Shown in pieces: positions 18,649-28,373 of a stretch of DNA of 64,000 bases; within the stretch, counting starts at the first letter, position 1, and each line of letters opens with the position of its first letter. Both the position numbers and the translations under genes were made by a program. This DNA is from Desulfobacterales bacterium (lineage in GTDB: Bacteria > Desulfobacterota > Desulfobacteria > Desulfobacterales > UBA5852). Under the pieces are notes generated by a model, which had not been told where the DNA came from, searched no databases, and worked only from the letters and a program-made list of their open reading frames with translations. Where the stretch lies: assembly GCA_963674755.2 (NCBI GenBank), contig CAXXVS010000003.1, positions 960,001 to 1,024,000 on the forward strand, given 5' to 3'.

Positions 18649-19554
18649 TCAGAAGATATCCAGGGACGCCAACGTGATTTTGCGTGTCAGGGAAAAGGCG
18701 ATGTTTTCGTAATAGTAGGCGGCTTCGTTGATAAAGACCGGGTAGCGGACCTCGGAACCCTCGTAATGCCAGATGTGGCCGGCCAGATTCTCGAAAATGG
18801 GCTGGCCGGGATGCAGCGGCTGGTAGTCGCGGCCTTCCAGGTCGCGATGGATGAAGGCCGGCGGCCCATCGGGGACGGTTTCCGGAAAGGCCATGTGCCG
18901 GTCATGCCGATAGAGCGTGGCCTGGGGGTCCGGCGGCGCAAGCGCGCCCCGGTTGAAGCGTTCGAGGGTGGCCAGCACACGCGCCACGGCGGCGCGGGTC
19001 GTGTCCAGGATGTCGTGGCGCAGAACCCCCTGGGGAATCGGGCCGATTTCAATGCCCAGCCCCCCTGGGGCGGCAGCCCGCAGGCACGAATTGATGCGGT
19101 CGCTGTCGGCGAAGCTATAGACCCGGGCCCCCTCCAGGTCCTTTTGAACCGCGAGCGCAATGGCCAGATTGGCGGGCGCGCTGTCGGTGATGAGGGTCGT
19201 TCCCATGCAGGCCGTGGAGGTGTGCAGGTCGATGGCAAAGGTCCGCCGACCGTCCTGTCCGGCAGCTATCCAGGCCGAGATTTCCCGGGCGCGTTTGATT
19301 TCGTAAGCGTTGGCCGCGGAGTCCTCGAGGTGGTGGGGAAGAAAACTGCGGTTCAGGTCGCAGTCGACGAAGCGGATGTTGCGTCGAATGGCTTCCGTGT
19401 TGCTCAGCAGGGTCCGGGTGGCAAAGGTTTCCCCCTGGATTTCAGCAGGATTTTTTTGCCAGTGCTGTACGAGCGCGACACCGGTGCGTTCGTTGCCATG
19501 GGTGCCGCCGGCAATCACGACATCATCGAATGGGGTAGGCGAAGAATCGGTCAT
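18649..19554 (-). CDS. Aspartoacylase-like M14 zinc amidohydrolase (AstE/AspA family)
   Basis: GGTHGNERTG, DLNRSF, DLHTST, EIGP..QG and YPVFINEAAYY. Confidence 0.88.
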   Translation of the reverse strand: MTDSSPTPFDDVVIAGGTHGNERTGVALVQHWQKNPAEIQGETFATRTLLSNTEAIRRNIRFVDCDLNRSFLPHHLEDSAANAYEIKRAREISAWIAAGQDGRRTFAIDLHTSTACMGTTLITDSAPANLAIALAVQKDLEGARVYSFADSDRINSCLRAAAPGGLGIEIGPIPQGVLRHDILDTTRAAVARVLATLERFNRGALAPPDPQATLYRHDRHMAFPETVPDGPPAFIHRDLEGRDYQPLHPGQPIFENLAGHIWHYEGSEVRYPVFINEAAYYYENIAFSLTRKITLASLDIF

Positions 19555-19603
19555 CGTCACTCTGCGCAATAGCGGTTAGGGTTGCAGAACGTCCTGGAAA
19601 GGC

Positions 19604-19630
19604 GGCACCCGCGGACGGACCGCGGGTGCC
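19604..19630 (-). terminator. Stem-loop after the ABC binding-protein gene
   Basis: GGCACCCGCGG-ACGGA-CCGCGGGTGCC, 11-bp perfect stem; short U run on the minus strand. Confidence 0.55.
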
Positions 19631-19651
19631 CAAGGGATTGAAGCGCAAACG

Positions 19652-20806
19652 TCAGGGGGTAATCAGGGCCATATCCGTAACCACCCCGAAATGGCGGAAA
19701 CGGCCGTCCTTGACGATCTGGACCTGGACGTCCTTGACCACTTCCCCGACCTCGGTGAAGCCTTTGATGACGCCCGTGAGGCCGTTATAGTCCTTCGTGG
19801 CGGCAATGGCCTGCTGGACGGCCGGGCCCTCGGTGGAACCGGCCCGCCGGATGCCATCGCAGATGATCATGAAGGCGTCATAGGCGGAGGCGCCCACCAT
19901 GTCGGGCTGGATCTTGTAGCGGTCTTCATACGTCTTCAGGAAGTTTTGCACCACCGGGCGCGGATCATCCCGGTCCAGGTTGGTGACAATGACGAAGCCC
20001 TCGGCGTCCGGTCCGGCGATTTCCAGGAATTTAGGGGAGTCGGCGCCCTCTTCCCCCAGGACTTGGACGTTCAGGCCCATTTCCCGGGCCTGCTTGACCA
20101 CGGGGCCGGTCTGGAAGTAGTACCCGCTGGCAAAGAGCAAATCGGGATTGGCTTCCTTGATCTTGGCGAGATAGGGTTTGAAGTCTTTTTCAGAAAAAGG
20201 ATAGGTCTGCTCGAAGACGATCTGGGCGCCCTGGGCCTGGTTGGCCAGGTAGTCCTTGAACCCCTCGGCCAGGGTGCGGCCGAAGTCGTTGTCGCTGGTG
20301 AGCAGGGCGATGCGTTTGGCCTTCAGAAGCTGCACCGAAACATAGCCCGCGCATTTGCCCTCCACCGTACCCAGGAAGCCGTTGCGGAAGCAGTACTTGC
20401 CGGCCAGGGTGATGTCCGGATGGACGGCATAGGCCGCCACAAAGGGGATCTCCTCGTCTTCGAAGATCGGGGCCACGGCCCGGCTGGGGGTGCTGTAGGA
20501 GCCCCCCACCACACCGACCACCTGGTCCTGCTGAATCAGTTTGCGGGCCAGGGCCACGGCATCCTTGCCGTCGGCGCGATCGTCATAGTAGACCAGTTCC
20601 ACCTGGCGGCCCAGCAGACCGCCCTCCTGGTTGACCCGCTCCACGGCCAGTTTTACCGAATTGAGGGCGCTCAACCCGTCGGCGGCGGCAAAGCCGGTCA
20701 GAGGGGCCAGCATACCGATTTTGACGGTGTCCGCCGCGCCGGCCCCGCCGGGCATCACCAGCAGGCCGATCAGCAATAGAAGTAAAACTCTGTAGATCGA
20801 TTTCAT
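19652..20806 (-). CDS. HAAT/LIV-family ABC transporter substrate-binding protein
   Basis: Signal peptide, KIG...PLTG..A..G and N..GG.LGR..EL...DD. Confidence 0.9.
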   Translation of the reverse strand: MKSIYRVLLLLLIGLLVMPGGAGAADTVKIGMLAPLTGFAAADGLSALNSVKLAVERVNQEGGLLGRQVELVYYDDRADGKDAVALARKLIQQDQVVGVVGGSYSTPSRAVAPIFEDEEIPFVAAYAVHPDITLAGKYCFRNGFLGTVEGKCAGYVSVQLLKAKRIALLTSDNDFGRTLAEGFKDYLANQAQGAQIVFEQTYPFSEKDFKPYLAKIKEANPDLLFASGYYFQTGPVVKQAREMGLNVQVLGEEGADSPKFLEIAGPDAEGFVIVTNLDRDDPRPVVQNFLKTYEDRYKIQPDMVGASAYDAFMIICDGIRRAGSTEGPAVQQAIAATKDYNGLTGVIKGFTEVGEVVKDVQVQIVKDGRFRHFGVVTDMALITP

Positions 20807-20899
20807 AACAACCTCCTTGTCATTAGGTCAGCGTCAATCGCCACTACATGCTAATGATGGCGCACACGGCCGGCATGGGCCGGCCGGGTTTTCCTTCTT

Positions 20900-21610
20900 T
20901 CAATGGCCCAGGTAGACGGCTTTCACCCGGGGGTCTTCCATCAGTTCCGCCGCCGGGCCGGAATAGGCGCAGGTGCCGGTTTCCAGGACGTAAGCCCGGC
21001 CGGAAATGGCCAGGGACGCCACGGCATTCTGTTCCACCAGTAAAATGGTGAGCCCCTGCTCCCGGTTGAGGCGGGCCAGCAGGTCGAAGACCTGATCCAC
21101 CAGCTTGGGCATCAGGCCCATGGAGACCTCGTCCACGACCAGCAGCTTGGGATCCGAGATCAGGGCCCGGGCAATGGCCATCTGCTGCTGTTCGCCGCCC
21201 GAAAGGGTGGCCGCCGGCTGCCGGTGGCGCTCCTTCAGAATGGGAAACAGGTCATAGAGCCATTCCAGCCGTTCGGCCAGCGGGATCTTGCGCTTGAGGC
21301 CGTAAACCCCGGTCATCAGATTTTCATAAACGGAAAGGCGCGGAAACACGCGGGCCCGCTCCGGCACCATGCGGATGCCGGCTCGCGCCCGGCGGTAGGC
21401 CGGCAGGGCTGTCAGCTCTTCACCCTGAAAGCGCAGGCTTCCCCGGCGCAGGGGGACGAGCCCCATGACGCCGTTGAGAATCGATGTCTTGCCGGCGCCG
21501 TTGGCGCCGATGATGGACACCAGCTCGCCCTCGTCGAGGTAAAAGTCGACCCCGTTGACCGCCCGTATATCGCCGTAGGCGACATGCAGATCGGTGGCTT
21601 CAAGCAGCAT
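20900..21610 (-). CDS. ABC ATPase, LivF-like
   Basis: GANGAGKT, LSGGEQQQMAIARAL and LLVEQN. Confidence 0.92.
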   Translation of the reverse strand: MLLEATDLHVAYGDIRAVNGVDFYLDEGELVSIIGANGAGKTSILNGVMGLVPLRRGSLRFQGEELTALPAYRRARAGIRMVPERARVFPRLSVYENLMTGVYGLKRKIPLAERLEWLYDLFPILKERHRQPAATLSGGEQQQMAIARALISDPKLLVVDEVSMGLMPKLVDQVFDLLARLNREQGLTILLVEQNAVASLAISGRAYVLETGTCAYSGPAAELMEDPRVKAVYLGH

Positions 21611-22367
21611 GGCGGCCTCCCCCCCGGCCGAGATAGGCTTCGATGACCTGCTCGTTTTCCTGGATCGCGCGGGGCTCGCCCTGGGCGATTTTGCGACCGT
21701 GGTCGAGGACCACGATGCGATCGCATAATTCCATGGTGACGCGCATGTTATGCTCGATCAACAGGACCGTGATGCCGTCCTCCCGAATGTGGCGGATCAA
21801 GGCTTCCAGCTGGGCAATCTCCTCATGGCGCAGGCCGGAGAAGGACTCGTCTAGCAGGATCAATTGATGCCCCACCACCAGGGCCCGGGCGATTTCCAGC
21901 CGTCGCAAATTCCCCAGGGGCAGAAGTCCGGCCTTGCGGTGGGCCAGGTCCGCCAGGCCGACGCGCTCCAGCATTGCCATTCCGGCCGTGACTTCCGAGC
22001 GCGCTTTCCAGGGGGACCAGAGCCGCCCGAAACGTCCGTAGCGGGTGATACCGCGGGCCACCAGAACATTTTCGAGCACGGTCAGGGATGCAAAGGGCTT
22101 GACGATCTGGAAGGTGCGGCCGATGCCCCGGCGGGCGACCAGGTGGGACGGCAGCCCATCGATACGCCGGCCGTTGAAATGAATTTCCCCGGCGGTGGGG
22201 CGGTAAACCCCGGAAATCAAATTGAAGCAGACGGTTTTCCCAGCCCCGTTAGGCCCGAGCAGTCCCAGGATTTCACCGGTGTTAATCTCCAGATTCACCT
22301 GGTCGACGGCCTTGAGGCCGCCGAAATGTTTGGAGAGGTCGCGGGTTTGTAACAAGATCTCGGTCAT
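21600..22367 (-). CDS. ABC ATPase, LivG-like
   Basis: FGGLKAV, GPNGAGKT, RTFQI, LEIARAL, IEHNM and VIEAYLG. Confidence 0.92.
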   Translation of the reverse strand: MTEILLQTRDLSKHFGGLKAVDQVNLEINTGEILGLLGPNGAGKTVCFNLISGVYRPTAGEIHFNGRRIDGLPSHLVARRGIGRTFQIVKPFASLTVLENVLVARGITRYGRFGRLWSPWKARSEVTAGMAMLERVGLADLAHRKAGLLPLGNLRRLEIARALVVGHQLILLDESFSGLRHEEIAQLEALIRHIREDGITVLLIEHNMRVTMELCDRIVVLDHGRKIAQGEPRAIQENEQVIEAYLGRGGGRHAA

Positions 22368-23248
22368 ACCCGTTCTCCCGCCGGTTTCAGGACCAGCCAT
22401 TTGCGTAGCAAGCTGCCCTCCCCCAATAGGCCGCCGGGCTGGAAGCGGATCATAACGAGTAAAAGCGCCGTGTAAAAGAGAATCCGGTAGTCCACCAGAG
22501 GGCGAAAAAGCTCCGGCAGAATGCCTAACAGGACGGCGCCCAGCAGAGGCCCCCAAAGGGTGCCCATGCCCCCCAGGACGATCATGGACAGAAAAGTGAT
22601 GGACATGGGGAAAGAGAAATCCGTGGCGCTGATAAAGCGCATATAATGGGCGTAGAGGGCGCCCCCCAGTCCGGCCATCATGGTGCCGATGACGAAGGCC
22701 AGGAGTTTGAAACGCACCGGCGAGATGCCCATGCTGGCCGCAGCAGACTCGTCTTCCCGCAGGGCGAAGCAGGCCACGCCGCTCCAGCTGCGGGTAAACC
22801 ACCAGCAAATGACCATTACGATGGCCAGGAAAGACAGGCACAGCAGGAAAAAGGCCAGCCCCTTCAATTTGATGCCGAAAAGGACCACCCGCGGGATGCC
22901 GCCGATGCCCAGCGCGCCGCCGAAAAAGGGGATATAGAGAAAGAGGGCCTCGACGATGAAGTTGATGCCGATAGTAGTAATGGCCAGGAAGTCTTCCTTC
23001 AGGCGCAGGCTGGGCAGTCCCAGCAGCATGCCGATCAGGCCGCTCAGAACAATGACGATGGGCAGGGCCTGCCAGAAGGACAGCCCGGCCTTGGTGGAGA
23101 GCAGCGCCGATGCATAGGCGCCGATTCCGAAGAAGGCGGCATGGCCCAGAGAGATCTGGCCCGCATAGCCTACGATGACATTGAGGCCGTAGACGGTGAT
23201 GGCATAGATGACGATCAACGTCCCGATGGTAATCAGATAGGCATTCAC
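22364..23248 (-). CDS. ABC permease, LivM-like
   Basis: GYAGQISLGHAAFFGIGAY and LGGMGTLWGP. Confidence 0.92.
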   Translation of the reverse strand: MNAYLITIGTLIVIYAITVYGLNVIVGYAGQISLGHAAFFGIGAYASALLSTKAGLSFWQALPIVIVLSGLIGMLLGLPSLRLKEDFLAITTIGINFIVEALFLYIPFFGGALGIGGIPRVVLFGIKLKGLAFFLLCLSFLAIVMVICWWFTRSWSGVACFALREDESAAASMGISPVRFKLLAFVIGTMMAGLGGALYAHYMRFISATDFSFPMSITFLSMIVLGGMGTLWGPLLGAVLLGILPELFRPLVDYRILFYTALLLVMIRFQPGGLLGEGSLLRKWLVLKPAGERV

Positions 23249-23266
23249 CTTAAAAATCCCTCCCGA

Positions 23267-24130
23267 TCATTTCGACCCCATCAGCCCTTCGGAGCGCCAC
23301 AGGAGAACCGCGATCATGGCGATAAAGGCCAATGCGTCCCGTGGCAGCGGGATTTGGGCATAACCGATCAAAAGCGTCTCCGCCACCCCGAGCAGCAGGG
23401 AGGCGATCACCGCCCCCGGTATGGAGCCCATGCCCCCCACCACGATCAAGGCCAGGGTTTTATAAGCCGGCACTGCCCCCATGGTGGGGTAGACCTGGTT
23501 GTAGTAGATGCCCACCAGAATGCCGGCGATGGCGGCGATGGAAGAGCCGATCACAAAGGTGATGCTGACGATGGCGTGGCTGTTGATGCCCATGGCGTCG
23601 GCGATGGGGATGTCCTGGGAGGTGGCCCGCATGGCCAGTCCCAGCTCGGTCCGGGTGGAAATGAACCAGAGCAGCGCCAGAACGCCGATGGTGATGACGT
23701 AGACCGCCGTGAGCGTCGAGGAGATCGTCACGCCCCCGATCTGAAATTCAGGAAAGGGCAGACGGGCCGGAAAGGTCAGGATGTAGGGACCGGCCACCAG
23801 ACGGCAGATTTCCTCGATGGAGAGCATGATGGCGATGCTGCCGATCAGCGGTACGTAGGGCGGATATTTCAACAGGGGGTAGTAGACCAGCCGCTCGATG
23901 GCCACCCCCAGGACGGAGCAGAACACCATGCCGCCCAGAAAGCCCGCCAGCAGGCTGCCGGTCTGGCTGTAGCAGAAGAGTCCCACGTAGGCGCCCACCG
24001 TGTAGACGGCGGCATGGGCCACGTGCAGAATCCGCAGAATGCCGTAGACCAGGGCGAGGCCCAGGGTGATCAGGGCGTAGATGGAGCCCATGGCGATACC
24101 GTTCAGAAGCTGTTCAATAAAAAGCTGCAT
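23267..24130 (-). CDS. ABC permease, LivH-like
   Basis: NG...GSIYAL..LGL.LVYG and G.AMRA.SQD. Confidence 0.92.
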   Translation of the reverse strand: MQLFIEQLLNGIAMGSIYALITLGLALVYGILRILHVAHAAVYTVGAYVGLFCYSQTGSLLAGFLGGMVFCSVLGVAIERLVYYPLLKYPPYVPLIGSIAIMLSIEEICRLVAGPYILTFPARLPFPEFQIGGVTISSTLTAVYVITIGVLALLWFISTRTELGLAMRATSQDIPIADAMGINSHAIVSITFVIGSSIAAIAGILVGIYYNQVYPTMGAVPAYKTLALIVVGGMGSIPGAVIASLLLGVAETLLIGYAQIPLPRDALAFIAMIAVLLWRSEGLMGSK

Positions 24131-24148
24131 CGATTTTCGGCATAGGGT

Positions 24149-24766
24149 TTAGAGGTTGATGTCGGTCTTGATGGCGGCTTCCAGCTCGGCGGCCCGGTCT
24201 TCCAGTTCAGTGGCCCTTTCCGTCATCCGGGTTCGGAAATCTTCGTTCCGTATGCTTTGCAGGTTGATGCGGACATTATAGACCGCGCCCTGCAATGCGG
24301 CCCGGGCGAATAGGGCGCCCACGGCCCCGTCCGAGAGGGCGTTGGGATTGCCCTGGCGGATCGCCGTGTGGGCCAGGGTCATGGCCTCCAGGGCCATTTC
24401 AGCCACGGACAATGGTACCCGGGCGGCTTCACAGATGGCTTCTTGGATGGCTTCGTCCCGGAGCGATTTTTCCCGGCCACTTGTTTGAGGCAGTTTCCGG
24501 GCGGCCATGACCCCGGTGTAAGCGCCGGCATCACGGTCCATGGCAGCCAAAAGGTCCTTGCGCAACCGCTGCGCCGAGGCGTTCAGCGCTTGCATGGCAG
24601 GCTCGGCATCAATGTAGCGTGGGCGCCCGATCGTGAGGCCCGCCACCATTTGGGCCAGGGCCGCCCCCATGGCCGCCGCCAGGGCCGAAAGGCTGCCTCC
24701 TCCGGGCACCGGCGTGCCGGCCGCGGTTTGTTCCAGCAGTTCCGTCAGGGTCAGTTCAGGCAGCAT
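24149..24766 (-). CDS. Stand-alone formimino-THF cyclodeaminase/cyclohydrolase
   Basis: P.PGGGS..AL, D.DA.AY, GNPNA.SD and NV.INL (FTCD C-terminal domain family). Confidence 0.88.
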   Translation of the reverse strand: MLPELTLTELLEQTAAGTPVPGGGSLSALAAAMGAALAQMVAGLTIGRPRYIDAEPAMQALNASAQRLRKDLLAAMDRDAGAYTGVMAARKLPQTSGREKSLRDEAIQEAICEAARVPLSVAEMALEAMTLAHTAIRQGNPNALSDGAVGALFARAALQGAVYNVRINLQSIRNEDFRTRMTERATELEDRAAELEAAIKTDINL

Positions 24767-26033
24767 CTATTCGTCCTCCCCGGGTTTTGTCGAATACCAG
24801 GCGCCCGCGTTTGATGACTTTTTCCACCGTATTGACCCCGATATGGTAGGGCATGAAGCGGTGGGAGGGGTACTCCAGAATAACGACATCGCCCTGTTTG
24901 CCGGGTTCCAGGCTGCCGACTCGGTCCGCCCGGTCCACGGCCGCAGCCCCGTTCAGGGTAATGGCCGTAAGGGCCTCCTCCGGGGTCATGCCCATGTAAA
25001 GGGTGGCCAGGGCCACCAGCAGCGGGATGCTGTTGGTAAAGCAGCTGCCCGGATTGAGATCGGTGGCCAGGGCCACGGCGCAGCCCCGGTCGATCATGGT
25101 GCGGGCCCGGGCGTAAGGCTCTTTCAAGCTGAAGGCCGTCATGGGCAGGAGGGTGGCCACCACCCCATTATCCGCCATGCCCTGGATGCCGGCATCGGAG
25201 GCGTGCAGCAGGTGATCGGCGGAGACCGCCCCCAGTTCCACGGCCAGTTCGGCGCCCCCCAGGGGGACGATTTCATCGGCGTGCAGGGTCAGTTTGAGGC
25301 CCATTTCCCTGGCCAGGGTCAGCAGGCGGCGGGATTGGTCCACGGAAAAGACCTGATCTTCGCAGAAGATATCGCAGAATTCCGCCAGACCGCCTTCGGC
25401 CACGGCCGGCAGGACGTCGGTCATGACGAAACCAAGGTAGGCTTCCGCGCCGCCGGTGTAATCTTTGGGGACGGCGTGGGCTCCCAGAAAAGTGGAGACG
25501 ATATCCAGGGGATGCTCCCGTTCCAGCAAGGCCATGGCCTCCAACTGCCGCAGCTCGGTGTCGCAGTCGAGACCGTAGCCGCTTTTCCCTTCCACGGTGG
25601 TCACCCCGAAGCTCAGCATGCTGTCAAGCCGCCGTCGGCCGTCCCGGACCAGGGTCTCCAGGTCGGCCTGGCGGGTGGCGTCCATCGTGCTGACGATGCC
25701 CCCGCCCCGGGCCATGATCTCCATGTAGCTCATCCCCTGCAGACGCCAGGCGAATTCGTCGGCCCGGTAGCCCCCGAAAATGAAATGGGTGTGGGAGTCC
25801 ACGAAGCCCGGCAGCACGGCCCGACCGGAAGCGTCGATGACGGTGAAGGCCTGGGAGTCGACCGTCGCCAGTATATCGTCGGTTTTTCCCACAGCGCTGA
25901 TGATGCCCTTTTCGATGCAGACCGCGCCGTCGGGCACGATGTGCAGCTCGTTCATGGCCTGGCCGCAGCGGGCTTGATCGCCCTGGCTGGTGGCAAGCTC
26001 GGCGGCGTGGATCACGATCAGATTGCCGTTCAT
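24756..26033 (-). CDS. hutI: Imidazolonepropionase
   Basis: PGFVDSHTH, GGGI..T, EGKSGYGL, HADEI, SADHL and ATDLNPGS. Confidence 0.96.
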   Translation of the reverse strand: MNGNLIVIHAAELATSQGDQARCGQAMNELHIVPDGAVCIEKGIISAVGKTDDILATVDSQAFTVIDASGRAVLPGFVDSHTHFIFGGYRADEFAWRLQGMSYMEIMARGGGIVSTMDATRQADLETLVRDGRRRLDSMLSFGVTTVEGKSGYGLDCDTELRQLEAMALLEREHPLDIVSTFLGAHAVPKDYTGGAEAYLGFVMTDVLPAVAEGGLAEFCDIFCEDQVFSVDQSRRLLTLAREMGLKLTLHADEIVPLGGAELAVELGAVSADHLLHASDAGIQGMADNGVVATLLPMTAFSLKEPYARARTMIDRGCAVALATDLNPGSCFTNSIPLLVALATLYMGMTPEEALTAITLNGAAAVDRADRVGSLEPGKQGDVVILEYPSHRFMPYHIGVNTVEKVIKRGRLVFDKTRGGRIDAA

Positions 26034-28060
26034 GACCCGTTCTCCAGAGTCGCGGCGATCAAGTCATCATCCACCCAATAGGGCAGGGTGACATGGTCGC
26101 GGCCTTCGGCACTGCGGTTGTGGGCGGCAATGGTCTCCAAGGCGTTGGGGTTGCGGGCCCAGGCGCGTCGGGCCACACCGCCCAGGACATCCCAGGGCAT
26201 GGCCCGCCGGATGATGGCGTCCACCCGTTCGCTGCCGTCCAGCACAAGGCCGAAGCCGCCATTGATCGCTTTGCCGATACCGACGCCGCCCCCGTTGTGC
26301 AGGGCCACCAGACTCATGCCCCGGGCGGCGTTGCCCGCAAAGCAATGGGTGGCCATGTCGGCCATGACGTTGCTGCCGTCGTAGATGTTGGCGGTTTCAC
26401 GATAGGGCGAGTCCGTGCCGCCCGTGTCGTGGTGATCGCGCCCCAGCATGACCGGGCCGATGGCACCCTGGCGGACCATTTCGTTGAACTTCAGGGCGAT
26501 GCGGGTGCGGCCCTCGGCATCCTGGTAGAGGATGCGGGCTTGGGAGCCCACCACCAGCTTGTTTTTCCCGGCGTCGCGGATCCAGTTGTAATTGTCCCGG
26601 TCCTGGAAGCGCCGGTCCGGATCGATGCAGTCCATGGCGGCCTGATCCGTGGCGGTCAGGTCTTCCGGCCGTCCGCTCAGGCAGACCCAGCGGAAGGGGC
26701 CGTAGCCGTAGTCGAACATCAGGGGTCCCATCAGGTCTTCCACGTAGGAAGGGAAGATAAATCCCTCCAGGGTATTGCGCCCGTTGCGGCAGACCTCGGT
26801 CACGCCGGCATCGGCGATGGCCTTCAGGAAGCTGTTCCCGTAATCGAAAAAGTAGGTGCCCTGTTTTACCAGCTGACGGACCAGTTCGAAATGCTGCTTC
26901 AAGGAGGCGTCCACCAGGGTCCTGAAACGGTCATAGTCCGTTTTGAGCATGGCGGTGCGCTCCGCGAAGGTGAGCCCCTGGGGGCAATAGCCGCCCTCGT
27001 AGACCACATGGCAGGAGGTCTGGTCGGAAAGCAGATCGATGGGCACCTCATGGTCCACGGCGTATGCCAGCAGATCGACGATATTGCCGTGGAAGGCGAT
27101 GGCCGCCGGGACCCGTTCGTCCTGGCGGGTCCGTGCCAGCCGGAAGGCTTCCGCCGGATCGCTTACCACATCCCCCACCCAGCCCTGGTCGTGGCGGGTT
27201 CGGATGCGGGAGGCGTCCACTTCGGCGATGATGCCCACCCCGCCGGCGATTTCGATGGCCTTGCCCTGGGCGCCGCTCATGCCCCCCAAACCGGAAGAGA
27301 CAAAGAGACGACCGGCCACATCACCGTCGGCCTGCAGCCCGAACTTGTGCCGGGCCGCATTGAGGATGGTGCTGTAGGTGCCGTGTACGATGCCCTGGGG
27401 GCCGATGTACATCCAGCCGCCGGCGGTCATCTGGCCGTAGTTGGCCACGCCCAGGGCGGCGGCCCGGTTCCATTGTTCCAGGTCGTCGAACTCGCCCACC
27501 ATCAGGCCGTTGGTGATCACCACCCGCGGGGCCTCGGGGTGCGAGGCGAAGAGTCCCAGGGGATGGCCCGAGGCCATAACCAGGGTCTGCTCCCGGGTGA
27601 GTTCTTCCAGATAGCGCTTGATCAGCCGATACTGCATCCAGTTCTGGCAAACCTGGCCGGTTTCCCCGTAGGTCACGAGCTCGTAAGGATAGAGGGCCAC
27701 GTCGAAATCCAGGTTGTTGTCGATCATGACCTGGAAGGCCCGGCCCTCGATGCAGCGGCCGTGGTAAGTGTCGATGGCCCGGGCCCGGATGGCGCCCCGG
27801 GGCCTGAAGCGATAGCCGTAGATGCGTCCTCGGGTTTCGAGTTCTTCCAGGAATTCCGGTGCCAGGGCGGCGTGCCAGGCCGGCGGCACATAGCGCAGGG
27901 CATTTTTAAGGGCCAGCGCGGTTTCGTCCCGGCTGAGGTGGATGTGGCGGCGCGGCGCGCGCCGGATACCGTCTTCAAAGACAGCCGGCGCGGGCATTTG
28001 GTCGAAGACGTCTTCCAGCCGGATGCGCATGGCATCGCGGATGTCCCGGTTGGTCAGCAT
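26030..28060 (-). CDS. hutU: Urocanate hydratase, long (~676 aa) form
   Basis: GQMTAGGWMYIGPQGIVHGT, GLGGMSGAQ, SDQTSCH, GRDHHD, HNGGGVG; GGAGG RBS before ATG 28060. Confidence 0.96.
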   Translation of the reverse strand: MLTNRDIRDAMRIRLEDVFDQMPAPAVFEDGIRRAPRRHIHLSRDETALALKNALRYVPPAWHAALAPEFLEELETRGRIYGYRFRPRGAIRARAIDTYHGRCIEGRAFQVMIDNNLDFDVALYPYELVTYGETGQVCQNWMQYRLIKRYLEELTREQTLVMASGHPLGLFASHPEAPRVVITNGLMVGEFDDLEQWNRAAALGVANYGQMTAGGWMYIGPQGIVHGTYSTILNAARHKFGLQADGDVAGRLFVSSGLGGMSGAQGKAIEIAGGVGIIAEVDASRIRTRHDQGWVGDVVSDPAEAFRLARTRQDERVPAAIAFHGNIVDLLAYAVDHEVPIDLLSDQTSCHVVYEGGYCPQGLTFAERTAMLKTDYDRFRTLVDASLKQHFELVRQLVKQGTYFFDYGNSFLKAIADAGVTEVCRNGRNTLEGFIFPSYVEDLMGPLMFDYGYGPFRWVCLSGRPEDLTATDQAAMDCIDPDRRFQDRDNYNWIRDAGKNKLVVGSQARILYQDAEGRTRIALKFNEMVRQGAIGPVMLGRDHHDTGGTDSPYRETANIYDGSNVMADMATHCFAGNAARGMSLVALHNGGGVGIGKAINGGFGLVLDGSERVDAIIRRAMPWDVLGGVARRAWARNPNALETIAAHNRSAEGRDHVTLPYWVDDDLIAATLENGS

Positions 28061-28205
28061 GGCGACCTCCCTCATTGATCGGATAGAACCGTTGCCCCAT
28101 AACGGGCGACGGGACCTATGGCGTCAAGCCACTCAGTATTCTGTAAACTGTCTGAAATTACAGGGAATGGTATTGACAAAGTACAATTGTTATGTATGTA
28201 TTGAC

Positions 28206-28236
28206 TTGTATATACAACTCCCCATAAAGCTGTCAA
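28206..28236. promoter_or_regulatory. HutC operator overlapping the putative hutU promoter
   Basis: Perfect palindrome TTGTATATACAA (28206-28217) fits the TGTA-N2-TACA HutC site; minus-strand TTGACA at 28236-28231 places its -10 inside the palindrome. Confidence 0.8.
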
Positions 28237-28373
28237 GAAGGTTTGGTAAGAGCGCAACAAAGGGCCGCGGCTCGACCGCCGCCACCCGTTCGGGCCGTTG
28301 CCTCCCCGTCGGGTTGCAGGTCAAATGAACCGGCCGCGGCCGATGGTTCGATAGCGCATCAGAAAGATATTGA

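Noticed and set aside
26093..28078. 661-aa plus-strand ORF and similar long ORFs (22646-24145, 24633-26081, 13967-15391, 56815-58062, 62334-63533)
   Set aside because: Antisense shadows of well-supported genes in GC-rich DNA; no motifs or RBS
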